Assembly: GCA_963804645.1 (NCBI GenBank)
Contig: CAWDRG010000020.1
Coordinates: 13,279 to 77,278 of the forward strand
Direction of reading: 5' to 3'
Source of the DNA: an uncultured Bacillota bacterium
GTDB lineage: Bacteria; Sysuimicrobiota; Sysuimicrobiia; Sysuimicrobiales; Segetimicrobiaceae
Length of the DNA: 64,000 bases
Within the stretch, counting starts at the first letter, position 1. Each line of letters opens with the position of its first letter. Below, in pieces: positions 49,388 through 59,391 of this stretch. The notes under the pieces were generated by a model that was not told where the DNA came from, ran no database searches, and saw only the letters and a list, made by a program, of their open reading frames with translations. The position numbers were made by a program, and so were the translations under genes.

Positions 49388-50395
49388 ATGGGACGAGGGC
49401 TCGCGGTAGGGTTCGCAGTGGCACTCAGCGTGGCTGTGTTCGTCGGATCCGGCGCGGCGGCTCCCGGCAAGACATGGACCGTCGGAGTGGGCGCGGATTC
49501 GGCCGATCACGCCGTTCAGTTGCTCGACTTCTATCCACGCACGATCACGATCAACGTCGGCGATACCATCAACTTCACGCGGGTGTCCTTGACCGAGCAC
49601 ACAGTCACGTTCCTATCCGGCGCGCGGCCGCCGGATCTCGCCGTGCCGCAGAAGGATGGGCGCCTGCAGTTTCCTTCCGTGGTCGCCTACCCGCAGGGCG
49701 GGCATACGTACGGCGGGTCCGGCTATGTCAGCTCTGGCCTGCTGATCGGTGACATGAGGAACTGGAGCGTCACGTTCACGAAGCCGGGCACCTACACGTA
49801 CCAATGCCTGCTGCACCCCGCGCAGGTTGCCACCGTGATCGTGCATCCGGCCGGGACGCCGTACCCAAAGACGCAGGCGCAATACGCGTCGCTCATGGCG
49901 AAGTCGATCGCGGACGGGCTCGCGGCGGGCGCGAAGCTCCGCGCCGCCACGCGCACGACGGCGTCTAAGGGACCCAAGGGCACAATCTACACGGCCCCGA
50001 TGGTGGGCGACCCGAATCAGCGGATCGCGCTGTACCGGTTCGGCACGGACAACCTCACGATCAAGGTAGGGGACACCGTCCGCTGGGTCATGAAGGACCC
50101 GGACGAGATCCACACGGTGACGTTTGCCGGCACGGACGAGATTCCGGCGTTCCTGACCCCGTCGCCCCAACCGGCGGGACCGCCGACGCTGTACTACAAT
50201 CCGAAGATCCTCGCTCCGGCCGGCGGTCCGACGCACGCGGCCAACACCTACTACAACTCCAGCATCATGTTTCCGGTCAACCCGCCCGGGCCGACCGAGT
50301 ACAGCCTGACGTTCACGAAGCCCGGGACGTTCACGTACTGGTGCGTGGTGCACGTGCCCGAGGGGATGCGCGGGACCGTCATCGTCACGCCTTAA
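49388..50395 (+). CDS. Secreted two-domain cupredoxin (plastocyanin/azurin-like)
   Basis: Two repeats: HTVTF...YQCLLHPAQ and HTVTF...YWCVVHVPEGM. Confidence 0.87.
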   Translation: MGRGLAVGFAVALSVAVFVGSGAAAPGKTWTVGVGADSADHAVQLLDFYPRTITINVGDTINFTRVSLTEHTVTFLSGARPPDLAVPQKDGRLQFPSVVAYPQGGHTYGGSGYVSSGLLIGDMRNWSVTFTKPGTYTYQCLLHPAQVATVIVHPAGTPYPKTQAQYASLMAKSIADGLAAGAKLRAATRTTASKGPKGTIYTAPMVGDPNQRIALYRFGTDNLTIKVGDTVRWVMKDPDEIHTVTFAGTDEIPAFLTPSPQPAGPPTLYYNPKILAPAGGPTHAANTYYNSSIMFPVNPPGPTEYSLTFTKPGTFTYWCVVHVPEGMRGTVIVTP

Positions 50396-50413
50396 CCGCG
50401 TGCCTCCGGATGC

Positions 50414-50977
50414 TCACGTCCGGCGCCGGGACCGGAAGCACCGGGCGACGTGGTCGTTGGCGAGCCCCACGGCCTGCATGAACGCGTAGCAGATGGTGGG
50501 CCCGACGAACGAGAATCCGCGGGCCCTCATATCGCGGCTCATCTGGCGGGACACCGGGGTCTCCGCGGGTACCTGCCGGAGCGAGCGCCACGCGTGGCGG
50601 ATCGGGACGCCGTCGACGAACCGCCACACGTAGGCGTCGAAGCTGCCGAACGCCTCGCGGGTCTCGAGGATCGCGCGGGCGTTCGTCACGGTCGACGCGA
50701 TCTTCAGCCGGTTGCGCACCACGCCCGGATCCCGCATGAGCCGCGCCCGCCGGCGTGCGTCGAACCGGGCGACGACCGCCGGGTCGAACCCGGCGAACGC
50801 GCTGCGGTACCGGGCGCGCTTCTTGAGGATGGTAATCCAGCTCAGGCCGGCCTGCGCGCCCTCGAGGGTGAGGAACTCGAACAGCCGCCGGTCGTCGTGC
50901 ACCGGGACGCCCCATTCCGTGTCGTGGTAGGCGATGAGGAGCGGGTCGCCGGTCGCCCAGCCACAGCGCGTGATCAC
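50414..50977 (-). CDS. tag: DNA-3-methyladenine glycosylase I
   Basis: RCGW, YHDTEWG, LEGAQAGLSW, RNRLKI, GFSFVGPT and NDHVARC. Confidence 0.95.
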   Translation of the reverse strand: MITRCGWATGDPLLIAYHDTEWGVPVHDDRRLFEFLTLEGAQAGLSWITILKKRARYRSAFAGFDPAVVARFDARRRARLMRDPGVVRNRLKIASTVTNARAILETREAFGSFDAYVWRFVDGVPIRHAWRSLRQVPAETPVSRQMSRDMRARGFSFVGPTICYAFMQAVGLANDHVARCFRSRRRT

Positions 50978-51233
50978 GTCGAGCCCCCGATCTCACGCTT
51001 CGCGCGTGCCGATCTCCGGCGGCCGGCAGGTCCCGGCCGCCGCACCGTTCCGGGTTGTTGCCGTACGGCGTCCGTTCCTGCCGGACGCCATGGATGGCGG
51101 CCGCGCCGTGCGGGCTCGCGCCGCGGGACAGGGAAAGCGCCGCCGACCATGAACCTGAGCGGTGGCGGCGGCCCGGGACCGTGATCTTCCTCGGAAGGGT
51201 CAGCGACGGTCTCCCCGGCCCGCCGCCCACACT

Positions 51234-52427
51234 ATGACGGCGCTCAGCCTCGCGCTCCGATTCATGCTCGTGTCCGCGGCCGTGTCGATCGTGACCGAGC
51301 AGCTGCGCGTGCCGTACACCATTGCCCTCGTCGTGGCCGGCCTCGTGATCGGAAACATGCACCTGGCGCCGCCGGTGCTCGTCAGCCCCGACGTGCTGCT
51401 CATGCTGCTCATCCCCCCGCTCCTCTTTGAAGGCGGACTCAGGCTGCCGCCGCGCCATCTCAAGACCTACTGGGGCCTCATCGGCCTCCTGGCGATTCCC
51501 GGGACGCTCGTCACCGCGCTCGCGCTCGGCTGGACGGTGAACGCGGTGTTTCATCTCGACCTGCGCAGCGCGCTGCTGCTCGGCGCGATCGTGTCCGCGA
51601 TCGATCCGGTGAGCGTGCAGGCGCTGATGCGCGAACTGCGCCTCGACCTGCGTCTCGTCACGGTGCTCGACGGGGAAGCGGTCCTCAACGACGGGGTCGC
51701 GATCGTGCTGTTCACGATCATCGGGGGCACCGCCGCGGCGGGGCTGTGGGCGATCGGCCTCCGGTTCGTGTGGCTCATCGGGGGCGGCGCGGTGATCGGC
51801 GCGGTCGTGGCCGCGGCCACGTCCTACGCGCTGGGGAGCACGCAGCGGCCGCTGGTCGAGACGCTCGGCAGCCTCATCGCGGGGTTGGGGGCGCTCCTCG
51901 CCGCCGGCAGCGTGGGAGCGAGCGGGGTCATCGCCGTGGTGACGGCCGGCGTGGTGTTCGCGCGGTACGGTCCGCGCCACATGACCGAGGCGGGGCGGGA
52001 GACGGTGAGCGTGACCTGGGATATGATCGCGTTCGTGGCCAACTCCGTGCTGTTCTTGCTGATCGGGCTCGAGGTGCCCGCCGCGCTGCTCGTGCGGTAC
52101 TGGCTGCTGATTGTGGTGCTGGCCGCGGCCGGGCTCGCGGTCCGCGCGCTGCTCGTCTATGGATGCGTCGCCGTCTGGCAGACCCGGACGCGCCTGCTGC
52201 CGGGTGCGTGGCGGCCGGTCCTCTCGTGGGGCGGGCTGCGCGGCGGCGTCGCGATCGCGCTGGCGCTCGGCCTCGATCCCGCCACGCCCGGCCGCGACGC
52301 GGTCGTGGCGGGGGCGTTTGGCATGGTCATCTTTACGCTCTTGGTGCAGGGGCTGACCATCCGGCCGGTGATGCGCTGGGCCGGGCTGCTGCCGGACACC
52401 GCTCCTGCGAGCAATCCACCCCGCTGA
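51234..52427 (+). CDS. CPA1-family Na+/H+ antiporter
   Basis: PPLLFE, AIDPVSV, GEAVLNDG, WGGLRG and TLLVQGLT. Confidence 0.92.
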   Translation: MTALSLALRFMLVSAAVSIVTEQLRVPYTIALVVAGLVIGNMHLAPPVLVSPDVLLMLLIPPLLFEGGLRLPPRHLKTYWGLIGLLAIPGTLVTALALGWTVNAVFHLDLRSALLLGAIVSAIDPVSVQALMRELRLDLRLVTVLDGEAVLNDGVAIVLFTIIGGTAAAGLWAIGLRFVWLIGGGAVIGAVVAAATSYALGSTQRPLVETLGSLIAGLGALLAAGSVGASGVIAVVTAGVVFARYGPRHMTEAGRETVSVTWDMIAFVANSVLFLLIGLEVPAALLVRYWLLIVVLAAAGLAVRALLVYGCVAVWQTRTRLLPGAWRPVLSWGGLRGGVAIALALGLDPATPGRDAVVAGAFGMVIFTLLVQGLTIRPVMRWAGLLPDTAPASNPPR

Positions 52428-52541
52428 CCGATCCTGAGGCGGCGCGGGCGCCTCCTCGCAGGTGCCCCGTGCCCGTCCGGCGTACCGCTCTGGAACCCTT
52501 TGGCGTGCCGGAGGGGAAGACACGATTCGGGGGGGTGTCCA

Positions 52542-54060
52542 ATGCGCACGGGTCGATGGATGGTGCTCCTCGCCGCGCTGCTCAGTCTGTGCGTCGCGAA
52601 TACGACCGGCGTCTATGCGAAGACGCTGATGTTCGTCTTGGACACGACGGCGAACCGGGCCACCGAGGTGCAGGCGATCGTGGCCCAGCTCGGCCAGGCC
52701 GGGATCAGTGCGGAGGCGCGGGTGTGGGCGCCGTCGGTGCTGCAGGCCTAAGTCACCGCTGGCCAGCGCACCGCCTACACGACGGACTGGGGGAGCGCGT
52801 ACTTCGATCCGTTCGATCTCGCCGTCCCGAAATACGTCACGAAGGCGCGCGGGAACTTCTCGTTTTACTCGAACCCGACGGTGGACCACGACATGACCGT
52901 GGCGTCCAGCACGTCGGTCGACGGGCCGCGCAAGGCGGCGTATTTCGCCGCGCAGCAGGCGGTCTACAAGGACGCGCCGTGGGTGTTCGGCTACGTCCTG
53001 CAGAACATCGAGGCGCAGTCGACGGTCGTGGACGGGTGGGGTCCCGCGGCCGACAACAGCGAGAGCGTGTACCCGGTCAGCGTGCGGAACGGCGACAGCC
53101 TCGTCATCGCGATGCGCACGGACTCGATCGGCACCTTCGATCCGGCGATCCCGCCCAACCGCGACACGGAGACGGTGCTGCGGAACATCTATGACGCGCT
53201 GGTCGCGCACACGCTCGACGGGAAGATCGTGCCGCAGCTGGCCACGTCCTGGCACAAGGTTGGCCCCGCGGTCTACGACTTCACGCTTCGGAGCGGGGTC
53301 AAGTTCCAGAACGGGGATCCGCTGACCGCCGCCGACGTCGTGTTCACGTTCGAGCGGGTGCTGACACCCGGCATGATCACCGGCCAGGCGAGCGTGCCGC
53401 GGAAGGACCTGCTCGGCCGCTGCTCCGCGTGCAGAAGCTCGACGACACGCACGTGCGGTTCGTGTACAGCGCCTCGTTCCCCGAGGTGCTTCTGCTGCAG
53501 GCGCTCGTGCACTTCCAGATCGTGCCGCAGAAGTACGTCCAGCAGTCGGCGAAAACGGGTTTGTGGCCAAGCCGATCGGCAGCGGGCCGTTCACGTACTC
53601 GCGGGGCGCCGTGAACGCGGACATCGGGCTGGTGCGCAACGACAGCTACTGGGCCGGGCCGGCGAAGCTGCGGCAGGTCATCTTCCGGATGATGCCGGAG
53701 CCGTCGACCCGCATCGCCGCGCTGCTGGCCGGGGAAGTGCAGATCATCCAGGAGGTCCCGCCGGATGTCGTCGACCGGCTGAAGGCGAACCCCAACGTCG
53801 TCGTGAAGACGGCCGAAGGCACGCGCTCGTACGAGATCGAGCTCAACAACACGACGGCGCCGTTCAGCGACGTGCGCGTCCGACAGGCGCTCAATTACGC
53901 GATCAACTGGCAGCCGATTCTGCAGGACGTCTACCACGGCTACGCGCAGCGGCTCGCGACCGGCTTCCTGCCGAGCGGGTTCGGCTACGACCCGTCGCTC
54001 AAGCCGTATCCCTACGACATGGCCAAGGCGAAGGAGCTGCTGCAGCAGGCCGGCTACTGA
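52542..54060 (+). CDS. Circularly permuted family-5 ABC substrate-binding protein (interrupted as assembled)
   Basis: Signal peptide, then the normally C-terminal third, then the normally N-terminal part ending YDMAKAKELLQQAGY*. In-frame TAA at 52749-52751 and single-base deletions at ~53418 and ~53545. Confidence 0.85.
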
Positions 54061-54078
54061 GGGGGAGCGCACCGGCGC

Positions 54079-55089
54079 GTGCGTTTGGTCCGGATCGTTC
54101 AGCGGGTGCTGCTCGCGATTCCGGTGACCCTCGCGGTCGCCGTGCTCGCGTTTTTCTCGCTGCGCCTGCTGCCGGGCGATCCGGTGCAGATCATGCTGGG
54201 GAGACACGAACACCAGCGTCGCGGTGATCCGCTCGATCCAGCACGAGCTGCACCTGGATCAGCCCCTGTACGTCCAGCTCGCCCTGTTTTTCGGCCAGCT
54301 GGCGCACGGCGACCTGGGCACGTCGTTCGTGCAGCACCGGGCGGTGGCGGCGATGATCGGCGAGGCGCTCCCCGCCACGATCGAGCTCACCGCGGCGCCG
54401 TCGTGGTCGCCGTGCTGATCGCCATGCCGCTCGGGCTCGCCAGCGCGGTGAGACCCGGATCCTGGATCGACCGCGCGGTCCTCTCGACCTCGCTGCTCGG
54501 GGCGAGCATGCCCGGATTCTGGTTCGGCCTGCTGCTGATCCTGTTGTTCTCGGTGGATCTCCGCGCTGCTGCCGACCTCCGGGCAGATCGACTCGACGAT
54601 GGCGGTGCCGCCGGTGACGGGTTTCTGCTGGTCGACAGCCTGCTCGCCGGAAACGGGGCCGCGTTCGTGAGCGTCCTGCGGCACCTCCTGATGCCCGCGT
54701 TGACGCTCGGGGTCGTGTTCGCGGCGGTGCTGGCGCGGACCGTCAGGTCGTCGATGGTGGAGGTGCTGCACCGGCAGTACGTCACGACCGCGCGGGCGAA
54801 GGGCGTGTCGGAGATGGCGGTGATCCTCAAGCACGCGCTGCGCAACGCGCTGATCCCCGCGGTGACCGTGGCCGGACTGCAGATCGGGGAGCTGCTCGGC
54901 GGCAACATGATCGTGGAGACCGTGTTCGCGTGGCCGGGACTCGGACGCCTGGTGGTGAACTCCATCTTCGCGCGGGACTACGTCGTGGTGCAGGCCGCGG
55001 TCATGCTCTACGCCGTGACGTACGTCGCCGCGAACCTCGTCGTCGACGCCGCCTATACGCTGCTCGATCCGCAGCTCGAGTTCGGATGA
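54079..55089 (+). CDS. ABC permease DppB-like (two compensating frameshift pairs as assembled)
   Basis: LLPGDP, HLDQPLYVQL (alternate frame), YVTTARAKG, HALRNAL and ETVFAWPGLG. Confidence 0.85.
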   Translation: MRLVRIVQRVLLAIPVTLAVAVLAFFSLRLLPGDPVQIMLGRHEHQRRGDPLDPARAAPGSAPVRPARPVFRPAGARRPGHVVRAAPGGGGDDRRGAPRHDRAHRGAVVVAVLIAMPLGLASAVRPGSWIDRAVLSTSLLGASMPGFWFGLLLILLFSVDLRAAADLRADRLDDGGAAGDGFLLVDSLLAGNGAAFVSVLRHLLMPALTLGVVFAAVLARTVRSSMVEVLHRQYVTTARAKGVSEMAVILKHALRNALIPAVTVAGLQIGELLGGNMIVETVFAWPGLGRLVVNSIFARDYVVVQAAVMLYAVTYVAANLVVDAAYTLLDPQLEFG

Positions 55090-55120
55090 GGGCGCCCCGG
55101 TCGGCGGGGCTCGGTCGGGC

Positions 55121-56004
55121 GTGACCGCGCTCCACGTGCTGTACCCGATCCGGCGGCACGGCGCGCGCGCGCTGTCGTCGGCGTCCCGCGTGTCCGCGGG
55201 ACTCGCGGCCGAGCCGGTCGGCCTCATCGCCGGGGCGGTCGTGCTAACGTATTCGTGCTCGCGCCCGTCATCGCGCCGTCCCATCCCGAGGCGACCGATC
55301 TTGCCGCGCGCCTCGCCCCGCCCTCCCAAGCCCACTGGTTCGGGACCGACGAGCTCGGCCGGGACATCCTCTCCCGCACCATCTACGGCGCCCGGGTCAG
55401 CATCCTGGTAGGGGTGCTGACCGTCGGCATCTCGACGGTGGTCGGCACGGCCCTCGGGATGGTCGGGGCACACGTGCGGGGGGCGGCGGACATGATCGGC
55501 GCCCGGCTCGTCGAGATTCTGCAGGCCTTTCCGTACTTGATCTTCGCGATCGGCGTGATGGCGTTTCTCGGTCCCGGCTTTTGGAATCTGATCTGGGCGC
55601 TCTCGCTGAAGGGCTGGATCGAGTTCTACCGGCTCGCGCGCGGCAGCACCCTGTCGGAGGCGGGCAAAGAGTACGTGGAGGCGGCCCGCGCGATCGGCTA
55701 TCCGACCGCGTGGATTCTCGTGAGCGAGATCCTCCCCAACATCGTGAACACGATCATGGTGGTCGCGATGCTGCGCGTCGGCTACTTCATGGTGCTCGAG
55801 GCCTCGCTCTCCTTCCTCGGGGTCGGCATCCCACCGCGTATTCCGGCGTGGGGTTCGATGGTCAACGAGGGCAGGGACGTGCTGTTTGTCGCGTGGTGGG
55901 TGAGCACCATTCCCGGGCTTGCGCTGCTCGTGCTCGTCGTGTCGATCAACCTGGTGGGCGAACGCATGCGGGAGATTCTGGATCCCCGCCGGCGCGCCGC
56001 GTAG
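55121..56004 (+). CDS. ABC permease DppC-like (frameshift near 55250)
   Basis: HWFGTDELGRDI, EYVEAARAIG, EASLSFLG and PAWGSM. Confidence 0.85.
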
Positions 56005-56256
56005 CGGTGTCCTCCATGCTGACCCCGGCCCACGCCTCGTCGCACGACCAGTCAATCCTACATCCGTGGCATTCGGAAGGTACGACGACGCGCTTCCAGC
56101 CTCGTTGATCGTAGAACGCGAGAGACACTGAACGCTGTCTGCCGAGAAGGGGGTGGCAGGTGCCGCGCGAACGTATGCCACGATGGGCTCGCCGGAACGC
56201 GCAGCCAGGAGCGCCACGAAAGAGACGACCAATCCTCGCAACGGGTGGGTGGAACG

Positions 56257-56802
56257 GTGGCACACGAGACGTCACGACGGATCATGGAAAAGTTCTCGCG
56301 CGGCGTTCACTACGTGCAGACAGCGTCGGAGGGACGTCGCCGAGCCAAGAAACGTGTGGTGCGTGCGAAGGACCTCAAGTGGGAAGAGAACATGCAAGGG
56401 AGAAATGCCTACATCATCGATTCAATCACCGGCGTGAACTCGAAGAACCTGGCCATGTTTATCAGGGAAATCCCGCCGGGAGCGGCGACCGGCGTGCACC
56501 ATCACAACTTCGAGGCGGTCGGCTACGTGCTTGAGGGGCGGGGCCATGATATCCACGATGGCAGGTCGGTGTCGTGGGCGAAGGGAGACGGTCTCTATAT
56601 CCCGCCTCTGGTGGAGCACCAGCACGTCAACGATGATCCGAAGCGTTCGGCGTGGTTGCTGTTCATCACGAATTGGCCACTGCTGTCCCATCTGGGGATC
56701 ACCACGTTCGTGCAGTCCGCCGCCGCGCCGCACGAGACGAGAGGGAAGCGCGGGCGAAACGCGCGGCGCCGTGCACCGCGCGCCGTTCGGGCGGCGCACT
56801 AG
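56257..56802 (+). CDS. Cupin domain protein
   Basis: GVHHHNFEAVGYVLEGRG and YIPPLVEHQHVN. Confidence 0.85.
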   Translation: MAHETSRRIMEKFSRGVHYVQTASEGRRRAKKRVVRAKDLKWEENMQGRNAYIIDSITGVNSKNLAMFIREIPPGAATGVHHHNFEAVGYVLEGRGHDIHDGRSVSWAKGDGLYIPPLVEHQHVNDDPKRSAWLLFITNWPLLSHLGITTFVQSAAAPHETRGKRGRNARRRAPRAVRAAH

Positions 56803-57050
56803 GAGCCACGGCGGCGTTCGAATTCCCCTTGGCGGCGTCTACTTCGCCAGCGTAGATCGACACGTGGTTGTGAACGAGCCTGCACGTAAGCGTTGACGCA
56901 TCGATGAGGAACGGGCGACTGCGCGAAAGACGCGCCGGCGCACGGAGGAGAGGAAACTCAGGTGAAATCCTCCAATACAAGCGGTGCAGTTCCACACTGA
57001 AGACGGATTGAGAGGCTAGAACGAACATTCCCGCTCAGAGCCGTCAGTCG

Positions 57051-58265
57051 ATGCCGTACGGCTGGGGACGCGTACCGTACGCGTACGCCGACCGCCTGCC
57101 GTGGATGAACCTGCCGTTTCCGGTGGAGGAGTATCATGCGCGCCTGGAACGGCTCCGGCACCTCATGAGCCGCGATGGCCTGGAGTACCTCTGTGTCCTC
57201 GGAGATCCCGCAGACCCCACCAACATCAGGTACCTGACGAATTTCGAGGACTTCTACGGCGGTGAGAGTATTCTGGTCGTTCCCGGGAACGGCGCGCCCG
57301 GGTTCACCACGAATGCGGTGATGCACGGTGAGCCCATGCACTCCGGTATCCAGGACTGCTGGATCGAGGACGTACGCTGCGCCGCAGCGCCGCGTACGGT
57401 GACGGGCGGCGCCAAGGCGGTGACGGTGTTCGAGCACGTCGAGGATTTCATCCGCGAGCGCGGGGGCGTCCCGGGAACGATTGGCATTGTCGGTCGGGGC
57501 GCCGTCGACGGGCTCGAGCGCTTCCTCGGCGAGACGTTTCCCGGCGCGCGCATTAAACGGACGGATGCCCTGCTGCGAACCATGCGCGCCACCAAAAGTA
57601 CGCGCGAGATCGAGGTGATGCGGCGGGCATGCCATGTGGGAGACGAGGCGGCACGTGCCGCGATGGACGCCGTGCGTCCTGGCGTGAGCGAATTTGACCT
57701 CGCGGCCCAAGCGTACCATGCCATGTTCCGCGCCGGGGCGGAGCACTCGGCCTTTGCGCTCTCGCTCTGCGCCGGGCCACGCGCCGGGTTCAAGCACATG
57801 GCCCCCACCGGCAACCGTGTTCAGGCCGGCGACATGGTCTACATCGATGTGGGCGGCCGGTACATGGGGTACTACAGCGATATCTCGCGGCAGCGCGTCT
57901 GCGGCGAACCGACTCCCGAGCAGCGGCGGTTTATGGAGACGCAAATCGCCATCGTCGAGACCACCATGGGCGCCGCGCGCCCCGGCGTCCCGATCGCCGA
58001 GCTGGCAGACATCGCGCTCGGGCTGGCTCGCGCGGCCGGATATGAGGAGTATCTCTACTTCCGCGGCCACGGCGTGGGGTGCGCGGTCCAGGACCTGCCG
58101 GCATTCGCGCCCGGCAACCCGGTGCCTCTGGAGGAGAACATGGTGTTTGCGTTTGAGCCCATGCTCGTCCGGGCCGGTTTCGGAACCGCGTGCTGGGAGG
58201 ACGTCTGGTGGGTCACCGCGACCGGGGTGGAGCGCCTGAACGCATGCCCCATCCGATGGTGGTAA
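57051..58265 (+). CDS. Xaa-Pro peptidase / M24 family hydrolase
   Basis: NIRYLT, KSTREI; metal ligands in YID, SDI, GHG, FEP and WED. Confidence 0.9.
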   Translation: MPYGWGRVPYAYADRLPWMNLPFPVEEYHARLERLRHLMSRDGLEYLCVLGDPADPTNIRYLTNFEDFYGGESILVVPGNGAPGFTTNAVMHGEPMHSGIQDCWIEDVRCAAAPRTVTGGAKAVTVFEHVEDFIRERGGVPGTIGIVGRGAVDGLERFLGETFPGARIKRTDALLRTMRATKSTREIEVMRRACHVGDEAARAAMDAVRPGVSEFDLAAQAYHAMFRAGAEHSAFALSLCAGPRAGFKHMAPTGNRVQAGDMVYIDVGGRYMGYYSDISRQRVCGEPTPEQRRFMETQIAIVETTMGAARPGVPIAELADIALGLARAAGYEEYLYFRGHGVGCAVQDLPAFAPGNPVPLEENMVFAFEPMLVRAGFGTACWEDVWWVTATGVERLNACPIRWW

Positions 58266-58292
58266 GCACGATCGCGACGCGGAGTGTGAGAC

Positions 58293-59360
58293 GTGGCTGA
58301 GGTCGGTCCCGTCCCGGCGGCCGATCTCACGGACCTGGTCTGCGCGCTGCTGACCGCGGCGGGCGTGGCCGCGCACGAGGCTCGGATGGTCGCCTCGCAC
58401 GTGGTCGACGCCGAGGAGCGGGGGAATCGCTCGCAGGGGCTGGTCCGGATCCCGCCGTACGTCACGTGGGCGCGCCGCGGCGAGATCACGTCCCCCACGG
58501 TGATCACCGTTGAGCGGGACGCCGGGGCCACCCTCGTGCTGGACGCCCACAACGGGTGGGGACACGTGGCTGCGGCCGACGCGATGGGGCGCTGCATCCG
58601 AGGGGCGGACGCGAGCGGCATTTGCTTCGCCGTCGTCCGCAACACGAACCACATCGGGCGGCTCGGCGCCTACGTCGAGACCGCGGCGGAGCACGGGATG
58701 ATCGGTTTGATCGCGTGCTCTGGGAACCCGGCGTCGTCGTGGGTGGCTCCGTGGGGCGGCATCGAGCCGATCTTCGGAACCAATCCGATCGCCATCGGAT
58801 TTCCGCGTCGGGACGGCCCGCCGGTGGTCGTCGACATCTCGACCACACAGGGCGCCCGCGGACTCGTACTGCTCGCCCAGAGGGCGGGCGAATCCCTGCC
58901 GGACGGCTGGGCGTTCGACCGCACGGGAACGCCGACCAACGATCCGCACCAGGCGCTGCCGCCGCACGGTACCTTGGCGCCGCTGGGCGGTCACAAGGGG
59001 GCCGCGCTGGCCGTCGCGGTTGAGATCCTCTGCGGCGTCCTTGCCGGCATGTGGCCGCCGGCGACCTCGGCGAACTTGGTGGGAGCCATTCGGGTAAACG
59101 CCTTTCTCCCTTTGGACACGTACTATCAGAGTCTGTCGGGCCTTGCGCAGGCGATGCGGAGCGGTCCGACCCGGCCCGGCGTCGACGAGATTCACGTCCC
59201 CGGAGAGGGCAGCGCGGCGCGAAAGCGCCGCAGCATCGAGCAGGGGCTGCGGATCCCCGCGGCATTGTGGGGCGAGATCGCAGCACTGACCCGCGCGCTC
59301 GACGTGGCGCATCCGCTGGTCGAGACCTGGACGTCGGCTGCGGACGGTGCCGGCGGGTGA
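58293..59360 (+). CDS. Ldh_2 family (type 2 malate/L-lactate dehydrogenase-like) oxidoreductase
   Basis: NHIGRLG, APWGG, GTNPIA, DIST, GGHKG and PGE. Confidence 0.9.
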   Translation: MAEVGPVPAADLTDLVCALLTAAGVAAHEARMVASHVVDAEERGNRSQGLVRIPPYVTWARRGEITSPTVITVERDAGATLVLDAHNGWGHVAAADAMGRCIRGADASGICFAVVRNTNHIGRLGAYVETAAEHGMIGLIACSGNPASSWVAPWGGIEPIFGTNPIAIGFPRRDGPPVVVDISTTQGARGLVLLAQRAGESLPDGWAFDRTGTPTNDPHQALPPHGTLAPLGGHKGAALAVAVEILCGVLAGMWPPATSANLVGAIRVNAFLPLDTYYQSLSGLAQAMRSGPTRPGVDEIHVPGEGSAARKRRSIEQGLRIPAALWGEIAALTRALDVAHPLVETWTSAADGAGG

Positions 59361-59391
59361 GGCATCGGGGTCCGGCCCAGGAGGATCGACG

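Noticed and set aside
50385..53639. 1084-aa minus-strand ORF and other long ORFs (15483-17867, 22343-24472, 56958-59471, 29015-30907)
   Set aside because: Antisense or alternate-frame shadows of well-supported genes in high-GC DNA; Arg/Pro/Gly-rich with no family motifs.
56810..56840. GTTCGAAT T-loop-like sequence
   Set aside because: The flanks do not form a T-stem or cloverleaf.
56940..56975. GGAGAG...CTCAGG resembling a glycine riboswitch
   Set aside because: Lacks the central CCGAAG element and is too short for the aptamer.
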